DNA of 64,000 bases from positions 64,001 through 128,000 of the forward strand of contig CBDCWI010000002.1 of NCBI GenBank assembly GCA_965223325.1, written 5' to 3'. The DNA is from Candidatus Multivoradales bacterium (GTDB lineage Bacteria; Acidobacteriota; Thermoanaerobaculia; Multivoradales; Multivoraceae). Every line of letters starts with the position of its first letter. The first letter of the stretch is position 1. Below, piece after piece: positions 8,264 through 19,369 of the stretch. The position numbers and the translations under genes are program-made. The notes below the pieces were generated by a model that searched no databases, had not been told where the DNA came from, and saw nothing but the letters and a program-made list of their open reading frames with translations.

Positions 8264-10006
8264 GTGACTCGAGATGTGACCGAGCGACCCGCTGAACCGG
8301 ACAGAGAGGCCAGCGCTTCGGCCGGTGGGGCCGTGGCGGTGGGCGCCGGCATTCTCACCAGTCGCCTGGCAGGGCTCGTGCGTGAGGGGGCCATTGCGCA
8401 CTGGCTCGGTTCGACGGCGTTCGCCGATGTCTTCGTCGTTGCCCTGCGCGGCCCCAACCTGATTCAGAACCTGCTCGGCGAGCAGGCACTCTCGGCGGCC
8501 TTCATCCCCGTGTACCGACGGCTGGTGCGAAGGGGCGCGGAGGGCGAGGCGCGCCGGTTCGCGGGTTCGACGCTCGGCTTCCTACTGGTTGCGGTCGCCG
8601 TCGCGGCGCTCACCGGCATGGTGCTGGCGCCCTGGTTGGCGATGCTGTCGGCGCCTGGCTACCTGGCGGACCGCGGGTCGGAGGTCGATCGCTATGCGCT
8701 CCTGGTTCGGGCGATGCGCATCTTCTTTCCGATGGCTGCGGTGCTGACGCTTTCGGCCTGGTGTCTGGCGGTACTCAACAGTCACCGACGTTTCGTGCTT
8801 TCCTATGCCGCACCAGCGGTCTGGAGTCTGTCGATTGTCGCCGCCGCCGCGATCGGCCATCGTCTGGGGCTCGGACTCTCCGGGGTGCTCTTCTCGGCCT
8901 GCCTCGGCGGTTTGGTCGGGTCCCTCTTGCAGTTCCTGGTGCAACTGCCGACGGTTCTCGAGGAACTCAACGGCCGCCTGCCGGTCGCACCGCGGCGCGA
9001 CGCGCCCGGAATGAGAGAGGCGCTCACGGCTTTTGGCCCCGCCTTGATGGGGCGTGGAGTCGTTCAGGTTTCGTTCTGGTTGGAGACTCTGTTGACATCG
9101 TTTCTGGCCCCGGGTGCTCCCGCCCACCTCGCCCGCGCGCAACGCCTCTATGCACTGCCGGTGAGCCTGTTCGGCGGCGCCATCGCGGCGGCGGAGTTGC
9201 CCGGTCTCTCCGACCACGAAGCCAGCGATGAAGAAGGTCGAAGGCGCCGTGCCGAACGCCTTTCCGGCGCGCTCACGATCGCTCTTTTTCTCGCTGCCGG
9301 CGCCTGGGTCGGTCTGGTCGTCTTGGGTGGCTCGCTGATCGACGCCGTTTTGCGGCGTGGACTGTTCGGTGTCGCAGACCGTTACACCGTGTGGGTGGTG
9401 GTGGTGTTCTACGCCTTTGGAGTGGTGCCGAGTTCCTGTGCACGTTTGCTCCAGAATGCCTACTTCGTCGACGGCAACACCGCCACGCCTGCGCGCGTCG
9501 CCGCGGTTCGGGTGGGGTTGATGGTTCTCCTGGCTGTGCCGGCGATGCTGTGGCTCGACGGTTTGACGATCGGTCAAACGATAGAGGGCCTGTGGGCGGC
9601 GCTTCCGGCCGCGGTCGCCGATCGTGTCTTTCTCGCCGCTGATCTGGGGGCGGTGCGATTCGCCGAGCTCCGTCTCGGAGCGGCCGGTGTTGCCCTCGCC
9701 GCCAGCGTTTCTGGGTGGCTCGAAATGATCGTCTTGTTTTCGCGCCTCGGTGCCCAATGGATGCGCCCCTGGAAGGAGCTCGTTCGAATCCCGGTCTTTC
9801 TGCTGGTGGCAACGATCGCCGTCGCACCGGCCGCCTGGCTGGGAAGCATCGCCGCGCTGCCCGCCATTCCACGGATGTTGCTGCAGTTCGCGACGTTTGG
9901 CGTTTGCTACTTCTTGCTCGGCTATGTCCTACATTTGCCGGCCGCTCGGGCGCTCGTACAGGGCGCCAGATCCCGGCTGCCTGGGCGTCTCGGGGCCCAC
10001 AGCTAG
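8264..10006 (+). CDS. murJ: Lipid II flippase MurJ (MviN)
   Basis: SRLAGLVRE, ADVFVVALRGPNLIQNLLGEQALSAAFIPVY, AQRLYALPVSLFG. Confidence 0.9.
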   Translation: MTRDVTERPAEPDREASASAGGAVAVGAGILTSRLAGLVREGAIAHWLGSTAFADVFVVALRGPNLIQNLLGEQALSAAFIPVYRRLVRRGAEGEARRFAGSTLGFLLVAVAVAALTGMVLAPWLAMLSAPGYLADRGSEVDRYALLVRAMRIFFPMAAVLTLSAWCLAVLNSHRRFVLSYAAPAVWSLSIVAAAAIGHRLGLGLSGVLFSACLGGLVGSLLQFLVQLPTVLEELNGRLPVAPRRDAPGMREALTAFGPALMGRGVVQVSFWLETLLTSFLAPGAPAHLARAQRLYALPVSLFGGAIAAAELPGLSDHEASDEEGRRRRAERLSGALTIALFLAAGAWVGLVVLGGSLIDAVLRRGLFGVADRYTVWVVVVFYAFGVVPSSCARLLQNAYFVDGNTATPARVAAVRVGLMVLLAVPAMLWLDGLTIGQTIEGLWAALPAAVADRVFLAADLGAVRFAELRLGAAGVALAASVSGWLEMIVLFSRLGAQWMRPWKELVRIPVFLLVATIAVAPAAWLGSIAALPAIPRMLLQFATFGVCYFLLGYVLHLPAARALVQGARSRLPGRLGAHS

Positions 10007-10110
10007 ACTGGGACTCGCGGGCGTGTTTCATCGCCTGGAACAAAACGGAGCCCTCGAACGTAGGAGCAGATGAACGCCGGACCCGCGCGGGTCCAAGGAG
10101 TGAGACGCCG

Positions 10111-10716
10111 ATGGAATCCATGATCGAACCGCTATTGAGCATTTGCCTGGGTCTGGGCCTGGCCGCCGCGTGCGGTTTCAGGGTCTTTGTCCCGTTCCTG
10201 GTCATGAGTCTCGCCAGTCGGGCGGGGGAGATGAATCTCTCCGAAGGCTTTGCCTGGATCGACTCTGACGCCGCCCTGATCGCTTTCGGTGCGGCTACCG
10301 TCCTCGAGATCGGTGCGTACTTCATTCCGTGGGTCGACAACCTGCTCGACTCGATCGCAACCCCAGCGGCAGTCGTCGCCGGCATTGTCGCGACCGCGGC
10401 GGCGGTTGGAGACACCAGCCCACTGGTCGGTTGGGGTACGGCGGTCATCGGCGGTGGCACCGTGGCCGGCGTTGTCCAGGGTGCGAGCACCGTCATTCGC
10501 GGCGCGTCCAGCGTCATGACGGCTGGCTTTGGCAACCCGCTGGTGGCGGGAGCCGAAGCGGTCGGCGCGGTTGGCCTGGCCGCACTGGCGATCGTTCTGC
10601 CTCTGGTTGCGGCGCTCCTGGTCGCGACTCTGTTCATCGCCGCCAGCAGCCGGATGGTGCGCGCTTCGGTGGCCACCCGACAGAAGCAGCGGGCCTTGGA
10701 CAACCCGGTCAGCTGA
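10111..10716 (+). CDS. DUF4126-like membrane protein
   Basis: GLGLAAACGFRVFVP, EIGAYFIPWVDNLLDSIATP, TAGFGNPLV; SD AAGGAG. Confidence 0.8.
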   Translation: MESMIEPLLSICLGLGLAAACGFRVFVPFLVMSLASRAGEMNLSEGFAWIDSDAALIAFGAATVLEIGAYFIPWVDNLLDSIATPAAVVAGIVATAAAVGDTSPLVGWGTAVIGGGTVAGVVQGASTVIRGASSVMTAGFGNPLVAGAEAVGAVGLAALAIVLPLVAALLVATLFIAASSRMVRASVATRQKQRALDNPVS

Positions 10717-10801
10717 CAGCCGGGGCGGCATCGGGGCCAATCCGGCGCTTCGTCCCAGAACCATAGGTCCGGCGTCTTCGGTCGGCCGTAGAATGGCTGT
10801 G

Positions 10802-11995
10802 GTGATGGAGATGGAAGCCAACCGGCAAAGCCGTCGTGCAGCTGGCACCAGGAGGCCTCGAAGGCCCACTGGTCTCCTTGTTCTGCTTGCCGTCGCGGCA
10901 CTCACAGCGGTGGGCTGCTCGAACGCGACAGCCATCCGGCCTATGCATGTCGATGACATGCGCGCGCTGGCCATCGGTCGCGGAGTGAACCAGCCTGTTG
11001 TGCCCTTCGAAGTGACGTCGGCGATGGTGAAGTGGGCTCGCGCCTCGGCGCCGCGCGCGGTTCCAGAGGATCAGCGCATGGTGATGCTGGCCGAGAGCCT
11101 GCTCGACGAGAAGGGTCCATCGATCGACTACAGCAACCACCGCACGCAGACCGCAATCGAGGCCTTCGAGGAGGGCAAGGCGAACTGTCTCTCGTTCACC
11201 TTGCTGTTTGTCGCGATGGCACGCGAAGTCGGCGTACCGGCGTACTTCCTTTCGGTTCGCGACATCTCGGACTATCAACGAGACGGCAATCTGGTGGTGA
11301 TCTCAGACCACATCGCCGTGGGCTACGGGCCGTCGCACGATCTGACGATTCTCGATTTCTCGTCCGAACCCAACAACGGCTACCGTCAGATCCAGCCGGT
11401 CACCGACACCCGCGCCACCGCCATGTTCTACTCCAACCGTGGGGCGGAAGCGCTGCGCGACGAGCAGCTCGACCTCGCGGTACGTTGGTTGTCCGATGCG
11501 GTGCGCATCGACCCCGGTCTTGCGGTGGCTTGGGTCAACCTCGGGGTTGCCCTCAGGCGAAGCGGTGACAGTGAACGTGCCGAAGAGGTATACCGCACGG
11601 CGATCGAGGTCGACCCCGACACCCACTCCGCGTACCACAACCTGGCGGCGCTCCTGCGCATGTCCGGAAGGGACCAGGAAGCCGACGAAGTCATGGCGTT
11701 CACTGCCACGGGCTCGAACCGCAACCCCTTTACCTACGTGCAGTTGGGCGACATGAGCCTGCGCCACGGGCGAGTACTCGATGCCGAGCGCTTCTACCGT
11801 CGTGCGATGCGACTGGGTTCGAAGCTCGCCGAGCCGCTGGCGGCACTCGGCTTGCTGAATCTGGCCGAAGGCAACGAGGCGGCGGCGCGGCGTTTTGCCA
11901 GAAAGGCAACGCGCATCGACCCCGACGACGCCCGTTTGAGAGTCCTTCTCCGCGGGCTCAGCAGGCAGGATTCGAACGACCTCGAACGACCCTGA
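10802..11995 (+). CDS. Transglutaminase-like domain + TPR lipoprotein
   Basis: Lipobox AVGC; KANCLSF...SDHIAV...ILDF gives a Cys-His-Asp triad; C-terminal TPRs (AWVNLGVAL, AYHNLAALL). Start uncertain (10793-10811). Confidence 0.75.
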   Translation: MMEMEANRQSRRAAGTRRPRRPTGLLVLLAVAALTAVGCSNATAIRPMHVDDMRALAIGRGVNQPVVPFEVTSAMVKWARASAPRAVPEDQRMVMLAESLLDEKGPSIDYSNHRTQTAIEAFEEGKANCLSFTLLFVAMAREVGVPAYFLSVRDISDYQRDGNLVVISDHIAVGYGPSHDLTILDFSSEPNNGYRQIQPVTDTRATAMFYSNRGAEALRDEQLDLAVRWLSDAVRIDPGLAVAWVNLGVALRRSGDSERAEEVYRTAIEVDPDTHSAYHNLAALLRMSGRDQEADEVMAFTATGSNRNPFTYVQLGDMSLRHGRVLDAERFYRRAMRLGSKLAEPLAALGLLNLAEGNEAAARRFARKATRIDPDDARLRVLLRGLSRQDSNDLERP

Positions 11996-12059
11996 AGTCG
12001 ACGGGGGTGGCACGCCGGGGCCGGACAGCCCGGTGCCTCCTCGTGACACCATCACTTCG

Positions 12060-14420
12060 ATGTCCTTCTCCGGTTGGCAGTTCTGGATCGACACCGGCGG
12101 TACCTTCACCGACTGCGTGGCGCGTTCCCCCGACGGTGGCCTGAAAGTCGCCAAGGTGCTTTCGAGCGGAGCCCTGCGCGCCGTCGCGCGCCGTCGTCCC
12201 GAGGATGCCGCGACGCTCGAGATCAACGGACTGCCCGATGTTCCGAACGGCTTTCTCGTTGGCTACCTGGTGTCGAGCCTAGCCGGCACTGGCGGCGCCC
12301 GAATCGTTGACCACCGCGCAGTGTCAGGTGCTGTGAGCGGCGGAGGGCCACTCGTTTCGACGGCCGTGGTCACCCTCGACGCTGCCGGCTTCTTCTCAGG
12401 ACTCGAGGAGCCATTCGCCGTCGAGCTGACGGCTGGGGAAGAGGCGCCACTTCTCGCCGCGCGTGTCGTAAGCGGCGCCGGCCTTTCCGAGAACAGGCGG
12501 AGCGGCCGACTGGCCGGTGCGCACATGCGCTTGGCGACGACTCGTGCCACCAACGCGCTACTCGAGGAGAAGGGCGCCGACTGCGCACTGTTCGTCACTC
12601 GAGGTTTCCGGGACCTGCTCCAGATCGCCGACCAGACCCGCCCCGACCTCTTCGCTCTCAGGATTCCGGACCGGCGCGTCCTCTACCAGGAAGCTGTCGA
12701 GGTCAGTGGGCGGCTGGACACCCGCGGCAGGGTCCTGGCGAAACTCGATCTGGGCGAGCTTCGACGCCACGCGATGAGGCTCAGGAGTCGTGGCATCGAC
12801 AGTGCAGCGGTGGCGTTTCTTCATGCCTTTACAAACCCGGACCATGAACTCGCGGCACGAAAGGTCCTTCTCGAGACTGGGTTTCGCCATGTTGCATTGT
12901 CTTCTGAGCTCGTTCCGCTGATCGGCTACGTCGACCGCGCGTCGACCGCGGTGGTCGAGTCGTACCTGGCGCCGATTCTCGATGAGTACCTCGAGGCGAT
13001 TGTCGAGGTGATCGGCGCAGCCGAGCTCGAACTGATGACCAGTGCCGGTGGCGTCGTTCCTGTGACGGGCTTTCGCGCCATCGACAGCCTGCTTTCGGGT
13101 CCTGCCGGTGGAGCCGTCGGAGCTCGATGGTCCGCCCAGCGCGCCGGCTTCGATCGAGTTCTGGGCTTCGACATGGGAGGAACATCGACTGACGTCTCGC
13201 GCTGCGGCGGAGAACTCGAGTTCGATTTCAGTCACCAGATCGGGGCCGCCCGCCTGGCGACGCCGGCGGTCGCAGTTCGAACCGTCGCGGCGGGCGGTGG
13301 GTCGATCTGCCGATGGCAGAACGGTCGCCTGACGGTCGGGCCACAGAGCGCCGGTGCGGCACCCGGACCTGCTTGTTACGGGGCGGGTGGACCGTTGACG
13401 CTGACCGACGTCAATCTGCTCCTGGGTCGCTTTCGCGAGGACCGTTTTCAGCTACCGATCGACGTCGGAGCGGCGGAGGCGGCCCTCGCGCAGGTTCTTG
13501 CGGATATGGCAGCCGACGGCGCGAGTCTTCTGGTCGACGACCACGACGGCCACGCCGATGATGCGAGAAACCGACTCGATGCCCGCAGTCGGCTGCTCCT
13601 GGGTCTTCTCCAGATCGCTAACGAGAGAATGGCCGAAACGATGCGTGAGGTCTCGATTGCACGCGGGTACGATCCACGGGACCACGCGTTGGTCGCCTTC
13701 GGTGGAGCGGGCGGTCAGCACGCCTGTGCGATCGCGCGGCGGGTAGGCAGCGCGGCCGTCCTGGTACCGGAGGGCGCCGGTGTGCTCAGTGCTGTCGGGC
13801 TCAAGGTGGCCGAGGTCGAGCGCTTTGCTCATCGGCAGGTGCTCCGCCCGCTGGAGGCCCTCGGTCGTGAGGATTGGCAAGTCCTGCTCGAAGAGCTCGG
13901 CGAGCAGGCGGGGTCGGCTCTGGCCAGCGAGGGCTACTCCCGTTCAGCGATCGTTCGTGCAAGGACGATTCTCTGCCTACGGCTCGAGGGCCAGGACAGC
14001 GTTCTCGAAGTCGAGCACCACCCGGGCCTGGACATCCGCCCGGCATTCATTCTGCGCTACGAGCAGGTCTTCGGCTACCGCCCTCCAGACCGGGCTGTGG
14101 AGGTCGAGTCGGTGCGGGTGGCAGCACGAGTGCAGGCCGCCCCGGACGAACGTGGCGTCGAGCTTGCGACCGCAGGCGAGCCTGAAGGATCCTGCGAAGT
14201 GGGCGTTCAGCCGACCTGCTTTGAGTCGGGCTGGGTAGACGAGACCCGGGTCTATGACCACTCCGCCCTCGCTCCCGCTTCCACGTCGGCCGTGCTGGGC
14301 CCGGCACTTGTCGTCCTCGAGCATGGCCTCGTGGTTGTCGAGCCAGGTTGGTCGATTCGGCGGTTGGGGGCTTTCAAGGGGGGAGCGCTCTTGCTGGCCG
14401 ATACCACGTTGAAGCGTTAG
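12060..14420 (+). CDS. 5-oxoprolinase/hydantoinase A half (ATP-binding)
   Basis: WQFWIDTGGTFTD, TTRATNALLE, LLSGPAGG, FDMGGTSTDVS, TVAAGGGS, GPQSAGAAPGPACYG, AFGGAGGQHA. Confidence 0.9.
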   Translation: MSFSGWQFWIDTGGTFTDCVARSPDGGLKVAKVLSSGALRAVARRRPEDAATLEINGLPDVPNGFLVGYLVSSLAGTGGARIVDHRAVSGAVSGGGPLVSTAVVTLDAAGFFSGLEEPFAVELTAGEEAPLLAARVVSGAGLSENRRSGRLAGAHMRLATTRATNALLEEKGADCALFVTRGFRDLLQIADQTRPDLFALRIPDRRVLYQEAVEVSGRLDTRGRVLAKLDLGELRRHAMRLRSRGIDSAAVAFLHAFTNPDHELAARKVLLETGFRHVALSSELVPLIGYVDRASTAVVESYLAPILDEYLEAIVEVIGAAELELMTSAGGVVPVTGFRAIDSLLSGPAGGAVGARWSAQRAGFDRVLGFDMGGTSTDVSRCGGELEFDFSHQIGAARLATPAVAVRTVAAGGGSICRWQNGRLTVGPQSAGAAPGPACYGAGGPLTLTDVNLLLGRFREDRFQLPIDVGAAEAALAQVLADMAADGASLLVDDHDGHADDARNRLDARSRLLLGLLQIANERMAETMREVSIARGYDPRDHALVAFGGAGGQHACAIARRVGSAAVLVPEGAGVLSAVGLKVAEVERFAHRQVLRPLEALGREDWQVLLEELGEQAGSALASEGYSRSAIVRARTILCLRLEGQDSVLEVEHHPGLDIRPAFILRYEQVFGYRPPDRAVEVESVRVAARVQAAPDERGVELATAGEPEGSCEVGVQPTCFESGWVDETRVYDHSALAPASTSAVLGPALVVLEHGLVVVEPGWSIRRLGAFKGGALLLADTTLKR

Positions 14421-17400
14421 GAACCGGCGACGATCGTGCCCAGGTTTTCACTTTCGCGGCGGGCACGGGCCGCGAGGTGGAAGAAGCCTTCCTCTGCGGC
14501 CTCCTGGGAGAGCGCGAGAAGACCCTCCCGGGCGCTCTCGGTGCGGCCGTCGAGCGCCTCGAGATGGGCGTTGAGGATTGCCAGCCGCAGGCGCTGCTCG
14601 TGAGACAGCCGCTGGCCACCTTCTTCCTGGGCAAACCGAATGGCGGTGGCCGCCAGGTCGCGGTCGCCGGTCACCAGGGCTGCCCGTGCACGAGCGAGAA
14701 CAGCCGCGACGATGGTCTCCAGGTCCTGCCGATCGCGCGCCCGCTTTTCCGCGGCGACGGCCGCCCGGGTCGCCTGCTGCGGCCGCTCCTGGTCTGCCCA
14801 GACCTCTGCCAGCCAGGCGGTTGCGAGAACCGCGGTCTTCGAAGCCACCGGACGGTCGAGATCGCCAGTGATTTCGAGCAAGAGCTGCTGGGCGCGCGCC
14901 AGGTCACCGACCTGGTGGACCGACCTGGCAAGTCCGAGAGCGGCTGCTTCGTGCTCTATGCCGAGATTGTGGGCGCGGTAGATCGTCAGCGCGCGACCAA
15001 ACGCGGCCTCTGCCTCCGCCGACTGGTCGCGGGTGAGAGCGACGAGGCCAGCTGCCAGGTGAAGGTCACCGGCTGCCGGTTCGAGTTGGAGCTCATGCAC
15101 CAGGCTGAGACCCTCTTCGATCATGCTTTGTGCTTCGTCGAGCTGTGCACGAGCGAGGGCGACCTGGGCGCCGACCGCATACACCTCGGCGGTCAGCCAC
15201 CGCAGCTCACTCTCGTGAGCGAGCGCGAGGGCATCCTGGTAGACGCCCACGGCATCCTTCCACTCGCCGCGCGCCGCGTAGGTGCGCGTCAGGCCGGAGA
15301 GACTTCTGCTGAGCGATCGGCGGTTCCCCATTTCCCGAAAGCTGCGGGCCGCGAGCTTGAAGTTCTCGACTGCCAGATCGGGCTGGCCCAAGCGCAGCTG
15401 GAGAACCGCCAGCTGATCGTTGGCAGCGGCTTCGGCGGCCGTTTGCGCGAGCGGTCGTGAGAGCGAGATCACTCGAGCAAAGGTTCGAGAAGCCTCTTTG
15501 GTGCTCCCGTTGCGCGCCTCGAGTTCGCCGGCGAGCAGGAGGCCTTCGAGCTGTAGGTCGAACCTGCTCTCTCGGCCGGCTGAGGCGGCGGTCTCTGCGG
15601 CCGTGGTCGCGGCGTTCTCGAGGCGGCCGCGCACCGCGGCGACCCGTGCTCTTTGTAGCTTCAAAGCCATGAGCTGCCAGCTGTCTCCGAGTTCTTCGAA
15701 GACTCGAGCTGCGTTCTCGAGGTGACGTTCCGCCTCGTTGGCTTCGCCGAGTCCGAGCGCGCCGCGGGCGAGCGCCAGGTCAGCCAGGGCGACGGTTGAG
15801 CTCACGCCGCGGAGAGAGGCGTCTTCTCGCGCCGTCAGTGCAGATTCCATCGCCCGATCCCAGCGATGGAGGTCGGCCTCGACCTCGAAGGCGGCGAGAG
15901 CCAGGCGAGGGTCGCAGCTCTCTTCTCCGGCGAAGTCCATGAGCGAGTGCAGAGTGGCCCTGGCCTGGTCGAGCTGGCCGGCCTCACGGAGGGCCTCGAC
16001 ATACCAGAGCGCCCACTCGATGTCATCCGGCGTTTCGCGCCAGACCTGCTCAGCGACCTCGGCCGCCTTCTGCCACCGGCCGAGAAGCCTCTGGTGCAAG
16101 TAATCGATCCGCCGCCTTTGATGGGGAGCGACGGTGCCGGCGAACTCGTGGGCGGTGCGATAGTGTTCGAGCGCTTCGGCGCGCGATCCGCGCTCTTCGA
16201 GGGCCTGGCCGAGGGCGAGGTTGATCGGCACAGAGTTTTCGTCGGCGAGGGCAGCGCGCTCGAGGGCTTCGATCGCTTGGTCGGGCTTTCGGAAGCGGGC
16301 GTGGGCGAGCGCCTCGCCGTAGGGTTCGATCGCCTCGCTCGGGAGCCATTCGAACGCCTCGCCTTTTTCGGGCACGGTCCGAGTGGCCATCTCCGGTAGC
16401 GCCTCGACGAGTCGCTGCCACAGTTGATCGACGGTGTCGCCGGCGGTTTCAGGGGAGGCTCGGACCTGGCGGCTCTCTCGGTCATAGATCGTCATCTCGA
16501 GGCGCGACGCGTCGCCGCCGCCGGAGACGAGGACAACTGAATCGGCGCCGACACCGGACGCGAGGCGCTCGAGAGTGGCGGGAAGGAGAGCATCGGCCGG
16601 ATCGGCGATCGCCGCTGCACGCAACACGCGGCCGGATTCTCTCGTGCTGACGACTCGCATGGGCCCCGCCAGTCGCCGCCGGATCTCCTCGGCCGCGACC
16701 GCGGCGAACCAGCCGTCTCGATGGTTGGAAGAGGTCAGGTCGAAGACACCAACCGTCGGCCGAGGTTGCCCGAAGTCGATCGCCAGCCTCGGCGTTTCGG
16801 TGTTCTCCGAGGACGATGGGGAAGACTTCCACAGCGTCCACCCCAGGAGGGCGAGCGCGAGAGTGAGAACGCCAGCGACGATTCTTCGCGTCCAGCCCTG
16901 TCTGGGCTGCTCTTCCTGGATCGGCAGTGGCTCTTCGTGGGCGGAGTCCGGGAACTCTGTGCCGCCGGCTTCGGGGTCGCTGTCGGTGACAAGGAAAAGA
17001 GAGTCGGCGCTCGGTTCAACAGGTTCTTCGGGCGGGGCGGCCTCGGTCGTCGGTTCGAACTCGCGGTCCGCAAGCGACTCCCGGCTGGCCAGAGCGTCAT
17101 CGTCTTCGTGGTGATCGCCTCGCGCATCGTTCGCCGGTAGGCCGCGGGCGGTGCGCGTAGGTGGTTCGGGGTCGAATCGGGCGGCGAGTTCGTCGTGTTG
17201 GGCGCGCAGTCGGTCCTCGAGCTCCACCGTCGAAAGCCTGCTCGACGGCGTCTCCTCGAGTGGCGTCGCGATGATCGGGAGGGCGACGTCGTTGCGGCTG
17301 TCGAGCGGCGCCGCCTTGAGGAGCAGGAGGGCGGCGGAGTGCTCCTCTTCCGGCGCCGTGGCCGGCGCGTCGGCTGGCGCGCTGACCGCGAGTGGCTCGG

Positions 17401-17506
17401 CGCGCCGCCGGTAGCGGGCGCCGCACCCGCTGCATAGGACAACGCCATCCGCGGAGGCCTGGCTTCCGTCGACGACGTCTTGACAGCGGCTGCAGCGAAA
17501 CTTCAT
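14417..17506 (-). CDS. Zinc-ribbon / TM / large TPR-repeat protein
   Basis: N-terminal CSRC...CSGC; acidic linker; TM IVAGVLTLALALLGWTLW; long Ala/Leu-rich helical repeats. Confidence 0.7.
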   Translation of the reverse strand: MKFRCSRCQDVVDGSQASADGVVLCSGCGARYRRRAEPLAVSAPADAPATAPEEEHSAALLLLKAAPLDSRNDVALPIIATPLEETPSSRLSTVELEDRLRAQHDELAARFDPEPPTRTARGLPANDARGDHHEDDDALASRESLADREFEPTTEAAPPEEPVEPSADSLFLVTDSDPEAGGTEFPDSAHEEPLPIQEEQPRQGWTRRIVAGVLTLALALLGWTLWKSSPSSSENTETPRLAIDFGQPRPTVGVFDLTSSNHRDGWFAAVAAEEIRRRLAGPMRVVSTRESGRVLRAAAIADPADALLPATLERLASGVGADSVVLVSGGGDASRLEMTIYDRESRQVRASPETAGDTVDQLWQRLVEALPEMATRTVPEKGEAFEWLPSEAIEPYGEALAHARFRKPDQAIEALERAALADENSVPINLALGQALEERGSRAEALEHYRTAHEFAGTVAPHQRRRIDYLHQRLLGRWQKAAEVAEQVWRETPDDIEWALWYVEALREAGQLDQARATLHSLMDFAGEESCDPRLALAAFEVEADLHRWDRAMESALTAREDASLRGVSSTVALADLALARGALGLGEANEAERHLENAARVFEELGDSWQLMALKLQRARVAAVRGRLENAATTAAETAASAGRESRFDLQLEGLLLAGELEARNGSTKEASRTFARVISLSRPLAQTAAEAAANDQLAVLQLRLGQPDLAVENFKLAARSFREMGNRRSLSRSLSGLTRTYAARGEWKDAVGVYQDALALAHESELRWLTAEVYAVGAQVALARAQLDEAQSMIEEGLSLVHELQLEPAAGDLHLAAGLVALTRDQSAEAEAAFGRALTIYRAHNLGIEHEAAALGLARSVHQVGDLARAQQLLLEITGDLDRPVASKTAVLATAWLAEVWADQERPQQATRAAVAAEKRARDRQDLETIVAAVLARARAALVTGDRDLAATAIRFAQEEGGQRLSHEQRLRLAILNAHLEALDGRTESAREGLLALSQEAAEEGFFHLAARARRESENLGTIVAGS

Positions 17507-17596
17507 GGCAAGGTGACCCACGGGTGTCGCCCATGCCGATGAAGACGGCGACTGGACCCGGGGCCAGCTTACCAGATTTTCAAGATAAACGAGGAA

Positions 17597-19249
17597 TTAG
17601 CCGGTCTTGCGCGAGGGTGCCGCCAATTCAATGACTTCGAGGTCGCCGTCTGCGAAGCGGGCGCGGAGGACCTTCTTGTCGAACTTTCCGACGCTGGTCT
17701 TGGGGACTTCGCTGATGAACGCCCAGCGTTCGGGGAGCCACCACTTGGCGACCTTGTCACCGAGAAAGTCGCGCAGCGACTCGGCGCTCGCACTCGAGTC
17801 CTCGTCGAGGACCACACATGCCAGCGGTCGCTCGTCCCATCGCTCGTCGGGGACCCCGACGACGGCCGCCTCGGCAACCTCTGGATGACCGGCCAGGGTG
17901 TTTTCGAGGTCGACCGAGGAGATCCACTCGCCGCCCGACTTGATGACGTCTTTCGCGCGGTCGGTGATGGTGACGAAACCGTTGCCTTCGACCTTGCCAA
18001 CGTCGCCGGTGCGCAGCCAACCGTCGTGGAACTTCTCCTCGTCATCGACCAGGTAGTAGCTGCCGGTGACCCAGGGACCGCGAACCTCGATCTCGCCGAC
18101 CGCTTCGCCGTCCCACGGCAGTTCATCTCCCTCGTCACTGACGATACGGAGCTCGATGCCGGGCAGTACGCGACCGGTCTTCACCCGCCAGTCGAGCTCG
18201 TCAGCGTCGTCGGCTTCCTTCGGCGGCTTGGCCATGGCGCCGAGTGGGCTGGTCTCGGTCATGCCCCAGCCCTGGGTGACCGTGACGCCATGTCGATCGC
18301 GCAACGATTCGATCAAGGAGCGCGGGACCGCCGAGCCGCCACACACGATACTGCGGAGCGACGAAAGGTCGGCGCCGTCTTTGTCGGCCAGTCGCAAGAG
18401 GTCCGTCAGGACGGTCGGAACGGCACCGCTCAGGGTGGGCTTCCACAGAGCGATTGCCGCCAGGAGCGGTGCCGCCTGGAGGAAGCGGTCCGGCATGAGG
18501 AAGTCGGCCCCGGCCCACCAGCCAACGTGCGGCAGACCCCAGGCGTTGGCGTGGAACATCGGAACGATCGCCAGGATGCGGTCGTATTGATCGATGCCGA
18601 GGGCCGATCCGCTCGCACTCCCCATGGCGTGGAGCACCGAGGAGCGATGGCTGTATGCGACCCCCTTGGGGTTGCCGGTGGTGCCCGAGGTGTAGCACAT
18701 GGCGGCCGCTGCCCGCTCGTCGATCTCCGGCCAAGGGTAGTCGGTGTCGCGCCCCTCGATCAGAGCGTCGTAGTGATGGACTGCCGCCTTGCCTCCCTCG
18801 AGGGCGGCTCCTGCGGCGGGGTCACCGGTCACTACGAAGTGTTCGACAGTGGTGAACTGATCCTTGACCGCCGCTACCAGAGGCAGCAGCGAATCATCGA
18901 CGATCACAACCTTGTCTTCGGCGTGATTGACGACGTACACCAGCTGTTCGGGAAACAGGCGAATGTTGAGCGTGTGGAGAACGGCGCCCATGCACGGCGC
19001 TGCGAAGTAGGCCTCGAGGTGTTCCTGGTTGTTCCAGGCAAAGGTGCCGACGCGATCCGATTCGCCAATGCCGAGGTCGCCGAACGCGTGGGCCAACTGG
19101 CAGGCGCGGTCGGCCACCTGGGCGAAGGTACCGATCTCGGCATCGCCGTCGGCCATGGTGATGACCTGGCTATCGCCGTGTACTCGCCGACCATGCCGAA
19201 AGATCATGTTGATCGTGAGAGGGAAGTCCATCATGGTGCTTTCGAGCAT
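17597..19249 (-). CDS. Fatty-acid--CoA ligase (AMP-binding, DmdB/FadD-like)
   Basis: [64 protein letters not shown]. Confidence 0.93.
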   Translation of the reverse strand: MLESTMMDFPLTINMIFRHGRRVHGDSQVITMADGDAEIGTFAQVADRACQLAHAFGDLGIGESDRVGTFAWNNQEHLEAYFAAPCMGAVLHTLNIRLFPEQLVYVVNHAEDKVVIVDDSLLPLVAAVKDQFTTVEHFVVTGDPAAGAALEGGKAAVHHYDALIEGRDTDYPWPEIDERAAAAMCYTSGTTGNPKGVAYSHRSSVLHAMGSASGSALGIDQYDRILAIVPMFHANAWGLPHVGWWAGADFLMPDRFLQAAPLLAAIALWKPTLSGAVPTVLTDLLRLADKDGADLSSLRSIVCGGSAVPRSLIESLRDRHGVTVTQGWGMTETSPLGAMAKPPKEADDADELDWRVKTGRVLPGIELRIVSDEGDELPWDGEAVGEIEVRGPWVTGSYYLVDDEEKFHDGWLRTGDVGKVEGNGFVTITDRAKDVIKSGGEWISSVDLENTLAGHPEVAEAAVVGVPDERWDERPLACVVLDEDSSASAESLRDFLGDKVAKWWLPERWAFISEVPKTSVGKFDKKVLRARFADGDLEVIELAAPSRKTG

Positions 19250-19369
19250 CGGAATCTCCAGAGTGTTGACGCCACCTCAATCGAGGTGGGGCCCACGGTC
19301 AAACAGAATGCGTCTTCGACGCGGGCTCCTCATGGGAGACTGCGCGTCGTCGGGCTGGTGGGGAAGTTT

